The position numbers and the translations under genes are program-made. Shown here one piece after another: positions 18,612 to 27,416 of a DNA stretch of 64,000 bases. The notes under the pieces are model-generated. The model did not search any database. It was given only the letters and a program-made list of their open reading frames with translations, and was not told where the DNA came from. Numbering within the stretch: position 1 is the first letter of the stretch; the number at the start of each line of letters is the position of its first letter. The stretch comes from Micromonosporaceae bacterium (GTDB lineage: Bacteria > Actinomycetota > Actinomycetes > Mycobacteriales > Micromonosporaceae). The stretch lies in contig JBQGBY010000039.1 of NCBI GenBank assembly GCA_052038195.1, positions 3,162 through 67,161 of the forward strand. Reading direction: 5' to 3'.

Positions 18612-18660
18612 ACCGCTAGGTCTGGCCGGCGCGGGAGTAACCGCTAGGTCTGGCGGGCGC
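18604..18660. repeat. 28/29-nt tandem duplication spanning both stop codons of convergent genes
   Basis: gggagtagaccgctaggtctggccggcgc (18604-18632) is followed by gggagtaaccgctaggtctggcgggcgc (18633-18660). Confidence 0.9.
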
Positions 18661-19864
18661 GGACCATCGCGAGGGTGGCGAACGGCGAGTAGCGCGGCGC
18701 CCATCGCGCAACCCCGGCGGCGGCGAGCAGGCCCACGGCGCCGGCGGCGACGATGGCCCCGCCCAGGCTCATGGCCGCGACGGCGGCGACGAGCAGCGGG
18801 CCGGATCCGTTGCCCGTATCGTGCATCAGCCGCCATTGCGACAGGAAGCGGACCGTCGCATCGCGGGGAGCCACGTCCGCCCCGAGGGTCATCACGATGC
18901 CGGAGCCCAGTCCGTTACCGAAGCCCATGGCGAGCGTCAGTACGGTCAGGCCGACCGCGCTGCTGGTGACCGGGACGAGCATCATCGCACCTCCGAGCAG
19001 AATCATGCTCGGCAGCGCGACCGCCAGCCGGCCGTAGCGGTCCATCACCCGCCCGGCCGGGTAGAACAGGGTCATGTCGACGGCCGCGCCGATGCCGAAG
19101 ATGAGGCTCGTCGTCTGCGCGTCGAGTCCGATGTGGTTGGCCCACAGGGGAACCACCGTCGGCTGAGCCGCCCGGACTGCACCGACCGCGAAGACACCGA
19201 TGCCGAGGGTGAGCAACATGCGGCCGTGGTCGCGCCAGACGCTGGCCACTGAGGCGGTCTCCCGCGGGCGCTGCGTGAACGCCGCCGCGTGGGGCGGCTC
19301 CCGGACCGCCAGCACGAGCGTGACGGTCGCCACCGTGGCGGCGACCGCGACCAGGTAGGCCGCCCGCAGGTTGGTGGCGTGGATGGCCGCGGCCCCCACG
19401 AGCGGCCCGATGAACAGTCCGATCCGGTGCACTCCGCCGAGGGTCGACATGGCCGCGGCCCGGATGTCGGCGGGCACCACGATGGTCACGAAGGACTGCC
19501 GGGCCAGGTAGAAGGTGGCGCTGCAGGCGCCCGTGACCACCGTCGCGGCCGCGAGCATGAGCACATGAGGGGCGAAGAACGACCCGAGCATCGCGACCCC
19601 GCTGACGCCGGCCGCGACGACCATCGCCCAGCGGTCACCGACACGGTTGACCAGAGTCGCCGCGGGTACGTTGCCGACCAGCCGACCCAGTCCCAGCAAC
19701 GCAACGACGAGTCCGGCCACCGACGGCGTTGCGCCGAGTTGCAGCGCGGTCAACGCGAGGATCGGCGCCACCGCCCCGTTGCCGATCTCATAGACCACCG
19801 TCGGCACAAAGACCGACGGGGCGAGCAACCGGAGCGTGATCCTGTCTCCTCCGTCGCTGCCCAC
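18644..19864 (-). CDS. MFS transporter
   Basis: 406 aa, 12 predicted TM segments, GRLVGNVPAATLVNRVGDR-type loop 2-3 motif. Confidence 0.8.
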   Translation of the reverse strand: MGSDGGDRITLRLLAPSVFVPTVVYEIGNGAVAPILALTALQLGATPSVAGLVVALLGLGRLVGNVPAATLVNRVGDRWAMVVAAGVSGVAMLGSFFAPHVLMLAAATVVTGACSATFYLARQSFVTIVVPADIRAAAMSTLGGVHRIGLFIGPLVGAAAIHATNLRAAYLVAVAATVATVTLVLAVREPPHAAAFTQRPRETASVASVWRDHGRMLLTLGIGVFAVGAVRAAQPTVVPLWANHIGLDAQTTSLIFGIGAAVDMTLFYPAGRVMDRYGRLAVALPSMILLGGAMMLVPVTSSAVGLTVLTLAMGFGNGLGSGIVMTLGADVAPRDATVRFLSQWRLMHDTGNGSGPLLVAAVAAMSLGGAIVAAGAVGLLAAAGVARWAPRYSPFATLAMVRARQT

Positions 19865-19940
19865 GCAAGCATCCTCAACCCGGCAGCGCCAGCCACCGAG
19901 CGAAAGACGCCAACATCACAGGTCGCGGCGGCTAGCCGAG

Positions 19941-19967
19941 CCCGGCGAGCTTGGCGAGCACGAGCGG
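19941..19967. repeat. Intergenic repeat family copy E (cccggcgagcttggcgagcacgagcgg)
   Basis: Resembles the 48.1-kb array unit ccggcgagcttgcgagccgcac. Lies in the 104-nt gap between two minus-strand genes. Confidence 0.55.
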
Positions 19968-19968
19968 G

Positions 19969-21468
19969 TCAGACCTCGGCGCGGCGACGGGCGCGGCCGG
20001 ACAGATGCAGCGCGAGGCCGCAGGCCACCAGGATGAGGATGACCGGCCCCCACGACCGTACGGACGGGAGCGCGACGTACCCGATCCACCCGAGGCTGAC
20101 CCCCAGGGCGCCGGCGGCCCGTGGGAGCGCGAAGAGGGCGGCGTACGCGCACGCCGCCATCGGCGGCAGGGCCAGGGTCATCACCAGGATCAGGGTGGGG
20201 CCCGGTGCGAGCCAACCCCCGACCGTCCAGCCGTTGTCGTAGGTGGACACGACGAAGGCGCCGGCGAAGGCGACCGGGGCGGCGACCAACACTCCACTGT
20301 GGACTAGACCACCAGCCAGGAGACCGGCGAGGGCGAGCGCCCCCACCCCGCACCACACGTAGCTGGGGACGGGACCGCCGGCGAAGCCGAGATAGCCGGC
20401 CCGCGCGAGCAGGGCGAAGGCGAGCAGCCCCACCGAAGTGCCCAGCGCCCAGGCGCCGACCGTCGAGGGGCGCGGCGGACGGCGGCGGGACAGCCAGGTC
20501 AGGCCGGCCGCGGCGACGCAGCTCGCCAGCAGGACCTGGGCGAGGCGGCCGAACCGGGGCGCGGCGTCGAGCAGGCCGGCGCTGTCGAACGGCCCCATCC
20601 AGCCGGCCGGCAGGCCGAGCAGCGCCGTGGCCCACAGCCACTCCGCCCGACCTCGCCGGAGCACTGCGACCAGGGCGACTGCGGCGACAGCGAGCGTGAC
20701 GACCAGGCCGACGCGGGCCAGCGTCGGCTGGTAGTAGTACCCGAAGCCGCCGCGCTGGGGTGGCCACACGCGGGTCACGATGCTGCCGACAACGGCGACC
20801 GCGGCCGCGCCGGCGGGCACGGCGAGGCGCTCGTCCGTCGTGGGGGTGCTCGCCCCGACCGCCGGGGCGGTGCCCAGCAACGCGAGCAGCCCGAAGGCGG
20901 TCAACGCCATCACCACCCACAGCGGCGGACGGTCCACTGTGGTCAGATGCTCCCCGAGCGGCAGTACGAGCGTCACGGCGACCGCGACCCCGATCAGCAC
21001 CCGTACGGCGGCGGGCCGCAGTACCGCCCACGCGAGCGCCGCCACGATCCAGGCGGCGTACGCGATCGGGCCCAGGGTACGGAAAGCGCCGAAAAGCGGC
21101 GACCCGCCCATGAAGGCGCCGGTCGACACGGGTTCGATGCGCCACCAGGCGAAGGCGGAGATCCCGGCCGCGAGCGCGAGCGCCACCGGAGCGGCACGGA
21201 ACAGGCCGGCATCGAGGCCGGCGATCCGCGTGAAGCCGAGCCGGCCGCGCAGGCCGGCCGCGATGACGTCGACCTGGTCGGCCAGCGTCGGCAGGCCGCC
21301 CGGGGTCGTCGCATCGAGCATCGTCGCCACGATCTCGTCGCCCCGCTGGGCCCGGTAGGGCGCCGGATAGGCGAGCAACAGCAATCGGCACCGGCGCTCC
21401 GCGCGCGAGGGCGGCCGAGGGGCCGGCGCGAGCTCGGGCGGGTGGACGGGACGCATGGTCCTCAGCAT
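19969..21468 (-). CDS. Polytopic membrane protein co-transcribed with PadR
   Basis: 499 aa. Cytoplasmic N-terminus LLLLAYPAPYRAQRGDEIVATMLD is followed by more than 10 TM helices. Starts 8 nt after the PadR stop. Confidence 0.7.
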   Translation of the reverse strand: MLRTMRPVHPPELAPAPRPPSRAERRCRLLLLAYPAPYRAQRGDEIVATMLDATTPGGLPTLADQVDVIAAGLRGRLGFTRIAGLDAGLFRAAPVALALAAGISAFAWWRIEPVSTGAFMGGSPLFGAFRTLGPIAYAAWIVAALAWAVLRPAAVRVLIGVAVAVTLVLPLGEHLTTVDRPPLWVVMALTAFGLLALLGTAPAVGASTPTTDERLAVPAGAAAVAVVGSIVTRVWPPQRGGFGYYYQPTLARVGLVVTLAVAAVALVAVLRRGRAEWLWATALLGLPAGWMGPFDSAGLLDAAPRFGRLAQVLLASCVAAAGLTWLSRRRPPRPSTVGAWALGTSVGLLAFALLARAGYLGFAGGPVPSYVWCGVGALALAGLLAGGLVHSGVLVAAPVAFAGAFVVSTYDNGWTVGGWLAPGPTLILVMTLALPPMAACAYAALFALPRAAGALGVSLGWIGYVALPSVRSWGPVILILVACGLALHLSGRARRRAEV

Positions 21469-21475
21469 GGCCGGA

Positions 21476-21865
21476 TCATGCCTGCGACAGGCCCGGCCGG
21501 GTCTGCCCGCCGCGCGGAGCCGCGGTCCGGCGGCGCAGCCGGGACACGGCGGCGTCGGCGTTGCTGGTCAGCCGCAGCGCCTCGGCCTCCAGCAGCGTCG
21601 CGCCGTCGTCACTGAGTCGGTAGTAACGGCGCAGCCGGCCATCGACGATCTCCTCCCGATCGGCGACGACCAGGCCCTGCTCGACGAGGCGGTCCAACGC
21701 GCCGTAGAGGGTGCCGGGGCGCAGGGTGACCCGGCCGCCGGACAGCTCCGCCACCTCTTGGATCACGCCGTAGCCGTGCCGCGGTTGCTCCGCGAGGGCA
21801 GTAAGGATCAGGAAGGTCGGCTCCTGCAGCGGTGTCGCGGGCAGGCCGGGGCTCGACGCAGTCAC
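21476..21865 (-). CDS. PadR-family transcriptional regulator
   Basis: GTG 21865. Winged-helix block FLILTALAEQPRHGYGVIQEVAELSGGRVTLRPGTLYGALDRLVEQGLV...RRYYRLSDDG. The rest of ORF 21476..23437 is antisense noise. Confidence 0.85.
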   Translation of the reverse strand: MTASSPGLPATPLQEPTFLILTALAEQPRHGYGVIQEVAELSGGRVTLRPGTLYGALDRLVEQGLVVADREEIVDGRLRRYYRLSDDGATLLEAEALRLTSNADAAVSRLRRRTAAPRGGQTRPGLSQA

Positions 21866-21881
21866 GGAGTCGACAATACGA

Positions 21882-21939
21882 CGACCGGTATATGCCGGCA
21901 AGCGTAACACTGCTACTGTCAGCCGGCATATACCGGTCG
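21882..21939. promoter_or_regulatory. Perfect 18-bp inverted repeat in a divergent promoter (candidate PadR operator pair)
   Basis: cgaccggtatatgccggc (21882-21899) is the reverse complement of gccggcatataccggtcg (21922-21939). AT-rich cores TATAT/ATATA. Confidence 0.55.
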
Positions 21940-21958
21940 ACGATATGTAGGAGCGGCC

Positions 21959-23392
21959 ATGATGGAGCGGCGGGATGTGACCGCCCTGGCGGCGGCGACG
22001 GCGGTGGGGGTGGCGGCCGCTCCCCTGTGGCGGCTCGGCGTTGGGTGGCCGCTGGCCGCGCTCGCCGTCGCCGGTGCCGCCGTCACCGCCCGGTCGGGTC
22101 GGTCCACTGTGGACGGGGGCAGGCGGGTCGACCGGGCCTGGCGGGGCGCGGCGGGGGTGGCGGCGCTGCTGCTCGCCGCGGTACCGGCCATCCGGGCGGC
22201 GGGGTGGCTCGCCGCACTCTGCCTGCTGGTGGCGGTGTTGCTGGGCTCCTACGCGCTTGCGGGCGGGCGCTCGTGGGGCGGCATCCTCGCCGGCGCCCTC
22301 GCCTTCCTCCCCGCCGCCGTCCGCGGGCTCGGCTGGTCCGCTGGTGCCGCCGCGACCCAGGGAAGCCGGCGGTCCGGCCGGGTCGTCGTCGGTGTGCTCA
22401 CCGGCGCGGTCCTGCTCGCCGTATTCGGCTCTCTTTTCAACGCCGCCGACCCGGCCTTCGGTGACCTGCTGCGCGGCTGGGTCAACGGAATCGACTATGC
22501 CGAGGTGGCCCGGGCGGGGCTGGGCGGGCTGTTCGCGGTGACGGCGGCGCTCGCCGCCATGCACCTGGCCCGTAACCCCTCGGCCGGGCCCGACGCCCTG
22601 GGGGTCAACCCCCGGCTGGGGCCGCTCGAGTGGGCTATTCCACTGGCGATGCTCGATGTTCTCTTCGGCATCTTCGTCTGGCTGCAACTCCGCGTCCTGT
22701 TCGGCGGGGACCGGTACGTGCTCGGACCGGGTGGGCCGGACTACGCGGTGCACGCCCGCGGCGGCTTCGGCCAGCTCGCGACCGTGACCGTCCTGACGCT
22801 CGGCGTCGTCGCGACGCTGGTCCTGGTGGCACGGCGCGAAAACGCCGTGGAGCGGGGCCTGGTCCGGCTGCTGGGCGGGCTGCTCTGCGCCCTCACGCTG
22901 GTCATCGTGGCGTCGGCGCTCAAGCGCCTGGCCCTCTACGCCGGCGCGTACGGCTTCACGGTGCCGCGGCTGCTCGCGTTCGCGGGCGAGGTGTGGCTGG
23001 GTCTGGTCTTCGGGCTGCTGCTGGCGGCCGGCGTACGGCTGCGGGCAGCCTGGATGCCGCGCGCAGCCCTGGCGGCCGGGGTGCTCGTCCTGTTCACGCT
23101 GGTCGCCGTGAACCCGGAGGCGCTGATGGCCCGCACATTGCTCGCCCGCTACGGCGGACCGTACCCCGTGGACGTTCGCTACCTCGAAGGCCTGTCGACC
23201 GACGCCGCCGCCGAGATCGCCACGGTTCCCAGGATCGCCCGCTGCGTCCTGCTCGATCGGCAGGTCCAGGCCCAGGCGGACGACGAGCCCTGGTACGCGT
23301 TCAACCTCTCGCGCCATCGGGCCCGCGCCTGGCTCGCGGACTACCCCGTGATCGAGCCGTCGAGCCCGTTGTATCCGTACTGCCCCAGGTAG
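21959..23392 (+). CDS. Polytopic membrane protein (DUF4153/DUF4173-like)
   Basis: 477 aa, AGGAG RBS, more than 10 TM helices, C-terminal soluble tail with VDVRYLEGLS. Confidence 0.7.
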   Translation: MMERRDVTALAAATAVGVAAAPLWRLGVGWPLAALAVAGAAVTARSGRSTVDGGRRVDRAWRGAAGVAALLLAAVPAIRAAGWLAALCLLVAVLLGSYALAGGRSWGGILAGALAFLPAAVRGLGWSAGAAATQGSRRSGRVVVGVLTGAVLLAVFGSLFNAADPAFGDLLRGWVNGIDYAEVARAGLGGLFAVTAALAAMHLARNPSAGPDALGVNPRLGPLEWAIPLAMLDVLFGIFVWLQLRVLFGGDRYVLGPGGPDYAVHARGGFGQLATVTVLTLGVVATLVLVARRENAVERGLVRLLGGLLCALTLVIVASALKRLALYAGAYGFTVPRLLAFAGEVWLGLVFGLLLAAGVRLRAAWMPRAALAAGVLVLFTLVAVNPEALMARTLLARYGGPYPVDVRYLEGLSTDAAAEIATVPRIARCVLLDRQVQAQADDEPWYAFNLSRHRARAWLADYPVIEPSSPLYPYCPR

Positions 23393-23479
23393 CAGCCGGG
23401 CAGCCACCCGGGACATCCGGCCCTGCCGGACGGCCACAGGCTGTGCGAACGCTTAGGGGGCCCCGGGAGGGAGGACCAT

Positions 23480-23905
23480 ATGTCGGCCTCGAAACCGCCG
23501 TCGGTAGCGGCGCGGCGGGCGGGCTACGTGGTTGCCGCCGTTGTGAACGCCCTCTTGGTGTTCGCGGTCAACGTGTGGCCGGGCTGGGACGTGGTGCCGT
23601 TTCTCACGGAGGACTTCGGGCGGGTCCTGCCGCTGGCCAACGCGACGTTGCTCGTCTCGATGGCCGTCAACGTCCTCTTCGCCGTCCGCGACCCGGCGTG
23701 GTTGAAGGCCCTGGGCACGCTCGCGGCGGACGGGGTCGGCATCGCCGCGACCGCGAAGATGTGGCAGGTGTTTCCGCTCGACCTCAGCTCCGGCTGGGCA
23801 ACGGTCGCCCGCGTCCTCCTGGTCCTCGCAATCGTCGGTTACTCCATCGACATCATCGTGCAGCTCGTAGCACTGGCCAAGGCACCAGCGGTACGGGCCA
23901 GATAG
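23480..23905 (+). CDS. Hypothetical 4-TM membrane protein
   Basis: Strong RBS GGGAGGGAGG. 141 aa. Confidence 0.6.
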   Translation: MSASKPPSVAARRAGYVVAAVVNALLVFAVNVWPGWDVVPFLTEDFGRVLPLANATLLVSMAVNVLFAVRDPAWLKALGTLAADGVGIAATAKMWQVFPLDLSSGWATVARVLLVLAIVGYSIDIIVQLVALAKAPAVRAR

Positions 23906-23956
23906 CCTGCCGATCCCACTCCGCCGGCGCCGCCGGATCTGGAGATCCGGCCGAAG

Positions 23957-24907
23957 TCAGCCGAGGGTCACGGCCGCGACGTCGGCCGCGGTCAGGTTCA
24001 CGTTGACGGCGGCGACGTTCTCCTCGAGGTGGGCCGGGCTGCCGGTGCCGGGGATCGGCAGCATGACCGGCGAGCGGCCGAGCAGCCACGCGAGCGCGAC
24101 CTGGTATGGCGTCGCACCATACCGGCCAGCCAGCTCGGCCACGACACGGTTGCCGACGTCCCGGATCGGCGCCCAGGGCAGGAAGGCGACGCCCGACGCC
24201 TCGCACAGATCCACAATGGACTCCGACGTACGGTCGTCGACGTTGTACCGGTTCTGCACCGAGACCACCGCAGTGATGGTCATCGCCTGGGCGATCTCGT
24301 CCCTGGTGACATTGGACAGTCCGATGTGGCGGACTTTGCCCGCTTCCTGCAGGCGTACCAGCGCACCAACCGACTCCGCGAACGGGACCTTCGGGTCCGG
24401 CCGATGCAGCTGGAACACGGGGATCGTCTCCAGCCTGAGCCGGCGCAGGCTCCCCTCGCACTCGGCCGTCAGGTACTCCGGCCGCCCGTTGGGTGTCCAC
24501 CGGTTGGGGCCGGGCCGTTCCAACCCCGCTTTGGTCGCGATCACCAGGTCAGTCGGGTAGGGATGCAGTGCCTCGGCGATCAGCTCCTCGCTCACCGACG
24601 GCCCGTACGAGTTCGCCGTGTCGATGAAGTTCACACCCAGCTCGATGGCTCGCCGGAGGACCGCCAGGGCCGCGTCGTGGTCCTTGGGCGGTCCCCAGAT
24701 CCCGTCGCCGGTGATGCGCATCGCGCCGAAGCCGAACCGGTTGACGGTCAGGTCGCCCAGAGCGATCGTTCCCGCTGTCGCCGCATTGCTTGCTGAGTCC
24801 GCTCCGCGAGCGTGGCTGGAGTTCGCCTCGGGTGGCTGGGCGGGGGAGGAGGGCATGGAGTTCGCCTCGGGTGGCTGGGCGGGGGAGGAGGGCATGGAAG
24901 TCGCCAT
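23957..24907 (-). CDS. Aldo/keto reductase with a repeat-encoded N-terminal extension (start uncertain: ATG 24907, 24895 or 24856)
   Basis: AKR motifs GFGAMRITG, FIDTANSYG, GLSNV and PIPGT. The N-terminus MATS(MPSSPAQPPEANS)x2 comes from the 39-nt tandem repeat. Confidence 0.8.
   Translation of the reverse strand: MATSMPSSPAQPPEANSMPSSPAQPPEANSSHARGADSASNAATAGTIALGDLTVNRFGFGAMRITGDGIWGPPKDHDAALAVLRRAIELGVNFIDTANSYGPSVSEELIAEALHPYPTDLVIATKAGLERPGPNRWTPNGRPEYLTAECEGSLRRLRLETIPVFQLHRPDPKVPFAESVGALVRLQEAGKVRHIGLSNVTRDEIAQAMTITAVVSVQNRYNVDDRTSESIVDLCEASGVAFLPWAPIRDVGNRVVAELAGRYGATPYQVALAWLLGRSPVMLPIPGTGSPAHLEENVAAVNVNLTAADVAAVTLG
24819..24896. repeat. Perfect 39-nt x2 tandem repeat (G-rich on the + strand), plus a 9-12 nt partial third unit
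   Basis: gagttcgcctcgggtggctgggcgggggaggagggcatg occurs at 24819-24857 and 24858-24896. G-run pattern is GGG-N5-GGG-N1-GGGGG-N4-GGG. Confidence 0.97.
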
Positions 24908-25011
24908 GATTGTGAGCCTACCGAGGCGCGTGTCCGGCGGAGTACGAACCGTCAAGGGTTCCGTCACGCATCGAACGATGCCATGATGGCAGGCAGTCGG
25001 AGGGGGTCGCC

Positions 25012-25326
25012 ATGACACAGGTCGTGCATCATCCACGGGTCGCCTGGGACGGGGCGCTCGTGCTGACCCTTGCCGCCAAGGCGGACGAGAGTACCTACGC
25101 CTGGTGCAGCAACTGGGTCGAGGCCGTGCTCGGACCATCGATCGCCAGGGCGCTTGCATCCACCCGGCGGCGGCTCGCCGATCCGACCCTCCCCCCGAGC
25201 GAGCAGCAGGTCCAGGAAGGACTGTGGCGGGTACGGCTGGAAGATGCCCTGCGCGGGCGGCCGGGTATCGCCGGCGAACTCCTCACGCAGACCACCGAGA
25301 CCCGGTCCAGGCTCGCGCACCGCTGA
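25012..25326 (+). CDS. Hypothetical protein (104 aa)
   Basis: GGAGGGGG RBS 6-8 nt upstream of the ATG. Non-biased composition. No family recognised. Confidence 0.5.
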   Translation: MTQVVHHPRVAWDGALVLTLAAKADESTYAWCSNWVEAVLGPSIARALASTRRRLADPTLPPSEQQVQEGLWRVRLEDALRGRPGIAGELLTQTTETRSRLAHR

Positions 25327-25379
25327 CCCTCACCGTCGATCGACCGGCCGGGGCGCGAATCCTGCGGAACAATCCGTAC

Positions 25380-26039
25380 ATGCGGCGATGGCTGTGGGAC
25401 AACGGGCTGGCGATCGCGACGTTCGGTGCTTTCCTGGTGTTCGTCGTGCTGCAGAGCGTCTTCGGCTGGCAGGCGCGCAACGACGAGCTTCTGGATGCCA
25501 GCCGTGGCGCGGACTCGTACTGGCAGTATCTGGGCAGCGGCCACTTCGCCGAGGCCGTCTTCGAGAACTGGGAGTCGGAGTTCCTGCAGATGGGCGCCTA
25601 CGTCCTGCTGACGGCGTATCTCGTGCAGCGCGGGTCGCCAGAGTCGAAGCGCCCCGATGCAAGGGACCGGGCCAAAGACGACCCGTCCCGGGCGGGTCCC
25701 CACTCACCGTCACCGTTGCGCGCAGGGCGCCTGGTCGGGGGGCTGTACCGAAACAGCCTGTCGTTGGTCTTCTTCGGGTTCTTCTTCCTGTCCTTCCTCG
25801 GCCACCTGCTCGGGGGCACCGCCGAGTTCAACGAGCAGCAGGCGCTGCAGAACGGGGCGGCGCCGATCGGTGCCCTCGAGTTCGTCCGCATGTCCCAGTT
25901 CTGGTTCCAGTCCATGCAGAACTGGCAGAGCGAGTTCCTCGCGGTCGGCAGTCTCATCGTGCTGAGCATCGTGCTGCGCCAGCACGGGTCCCCGGAGTCC
26001 AAGCCCGTCACGGCACCACATCGGCAGACCGGCACATAG
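25380..26039 (+). CDS. Membrane protein, DUF6766-like
   Basis: MRRWLWDNGLAIATFGAFLVF... contains a duplicated ENW(E/Q)SEFLQMG / QNWQSEFLAVG motif. Start chosen by family-typical N-terminus. Confidence 0.6.
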   Translation: MRRWLWDNGLAIATFGAFLVFVVLQSVFGWQARNDELLDASRGADSYWQYLGSGHFAEAVFENWESEFLQMGAYVLLTAYLVQRGSPESKRPDARDRAKDDPSRAGPHSPSPLRAGRLVGGLYRNSLSLVFFGFFFLSFLGHLLGGTAEFNEQQALQNGAAPIGALEFVRMSQFWFQSMQNWQSEFLAVGSLIVLSIVLRQHGSPESKPVTAPHRQTGT

Positions 26040-26088
26040 GCGCCAGCGGGCTCAGCGACCTCTCAACCTGGCTCGATACGCTGGCGCG

Positions 26089-26472
26089 GTGACGCCACGA
26101 CGGGATCCGGTCCAGCGCATCGCCAACCGTATATTCCTGACGATCTCGGGCCGGTCGCTGCGCGCGTACTCGATCGTGCGTCACGTCGGCCGCCGATCGG
26201 GCCGGGAGTACCGCAACCCCGTCTCGGCCTACCCGCTGGGCGACGGTTTCGTGATAGCGATCCTGTACGGCCTCGAGTCGCAGTGGGTCCACAACGCCTT
26301 CGCCATGGGACGCCTCGTTCTACGCACCAAGGGCCGGGACCATCTGCTGGTCCGCCCGGAGCTCATCCCCCCGGAGCGGGCGCTGCCCGCCTACCCCCGG
26401 TGGCAGCGCGGCCAGTTGAGAGCGCGAAAGATCGAACATTTCCTATGGGCTCACCGCGCGGTCGACGCCTGA
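26089..26472 (+). CDS. Nitroreductase/deazaflavin-dependent (DUF385-like) family protein
   Basis: RHVGRRSGREYRNPV...VIAILYG is typical of the split-barrel F420H2-dependent reductase-like family. Confidence 0.55.
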   Translation: MTPRRDPVQRIANRIFLTISGRSLRAYSIVRHVGRRSGREYRNPVSAYPLGDGFVIAILYGLESQWVHNAFAMGRLVLRTKGRDHLLVRPELIPPERALPAYPRWQRGQLRARKIEHFLWAHRAVDA

Positions 26473-26600
26473 GGCCGGTTGCCAAGCCCGGGCATCACGG
26501 GGCGCGGCGGGGCAGCGGGCCGGCTCCCGTACGGCTTCTCCCTGGACGACGACCGGCCGACCGTGAGTGAAGGTTCAGCCCACTGGTGCGGCGGTCCTGA

Positions 26601-27416
26601 TCAGCCGGCGGGCGCGCTGGGCTTCTGCTCGCCGGCCTCGATGGCGACGGGGAGCCGGTTGTCGGCCGGCGGAAGCGGGCACGTCGCGTACGGCGTGTAG
26701 GCGCAGGGCAGGTTGACCGCCCGGTTGAAGTCCAGCCATACGGAGCCGTCCGCGGCCGGCGCTTCGATAGCCAACGACCGGCTGGCGGCGTAGGTAGTGA
26801 CCCCCGACGTCAGGTCGGTGAACAGCACGGAGAGGCTGCCCGGCGCGTTCCCGTCGAACGCCCAGAGGCGCAACGCCCGGCCGTCGAGCTCGAACTCGAT
26901 CCGCCCCGGGGCCTGGTAGACGTGCTGCAGTCCCTCGACGGCGGCACCGACCGTGGTGGGCACCGGCGTATCGAAGGGCACGTATCGGCCGCGCACCACC
27001 CAGCGCGGATCCGGTGGGTAGGTCGGCGTCCCGCCGTAGCCGGTGCGGATCGGGTGGTCGGGGTGTCGCGGCCGGACGATGTCGTGCCCGCTGCGCCTGG
27101 CGACCTCGATTCTGACCTCGCCCCATTCGACGGTCACGCTGTCCCGCTCCGGGATCGCGCCGAACCGGTACTCTCCGCAGACCGGCGTGCCATCGACGAC
27201 GATCTCCTCGTCGTCGGCCAGCACGACGCGCACGCCGTCGTCACCGGTCGACCACTCGCCCGGCGCGTCCGCCAACCGCCGCGGCGTGCCGGTCAGGAAG
27301 TTCAGGCTCGTGATCGCGAGGAATCCGTACGGCCCAGCCCGCTTCTCCTCGTGGCGGCGGTGCCACTCGCGCCACTGCCGCTCGAACTCGGTGGCGCTGA
27401 CCGTCTCCGTGCTCAT
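26601..27416 (-). CDS. DUF1684 domain protein
   Basis: FERQWREWHRRHEEKRAGPYGFLAITSLNFL and the C-terminal AVNLPCAYTPYATCPLPPADNRL are hallmark DUF1684 blocks. Confidence 0.7.
   Translation of the reverse strand: MSTETVSATEFERQWREWHRRHEEKRAGPYGFLAITSLNFLTGTPRRLADAPGEWSTGDDGVRVVLADDEEIVVDGTPVCGEYRFGAIPERDSVTVEWGEVRIEVARRSGHDIVRPRHPDHPIRTGYGGTPTYPPDPRWVVRGRYVPFDTPVPTTVGAAVEGLQHVYQAPGRIEFELDGRALRLWAFDGNAPGSLSVLFTDLTSGVTTYAASRSLAIEAPAADGSVWLDFNRAVNLPCAYTPYATCPLPPADNRLPVAIEAGEQKPSAPAG

Noticed and set aside
21866-23437. N-terminal approx 520 aa of the 653-aa minus-strand ORF 21476..23437
   Set aside because: It is antisense to the DUF4153-like membrane gene and Arg/Pro/Gly-biased. Only the last 129 codons (PadR) look like protein, and a GTG start with the operator region fits at 21865.
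24618-24986. Plus-strand ORF reading MEFASGGWAGEEG through the 39-nt repeats, with SD-like GGAGG before each ATG
   Set aside because: Most of the ORF is antisense to the well-supported AKR coding region and ends in a non-descript 30-aa tail. The SD+ATG property of the unit is noted in the findings, but I cannot support it as a gene.
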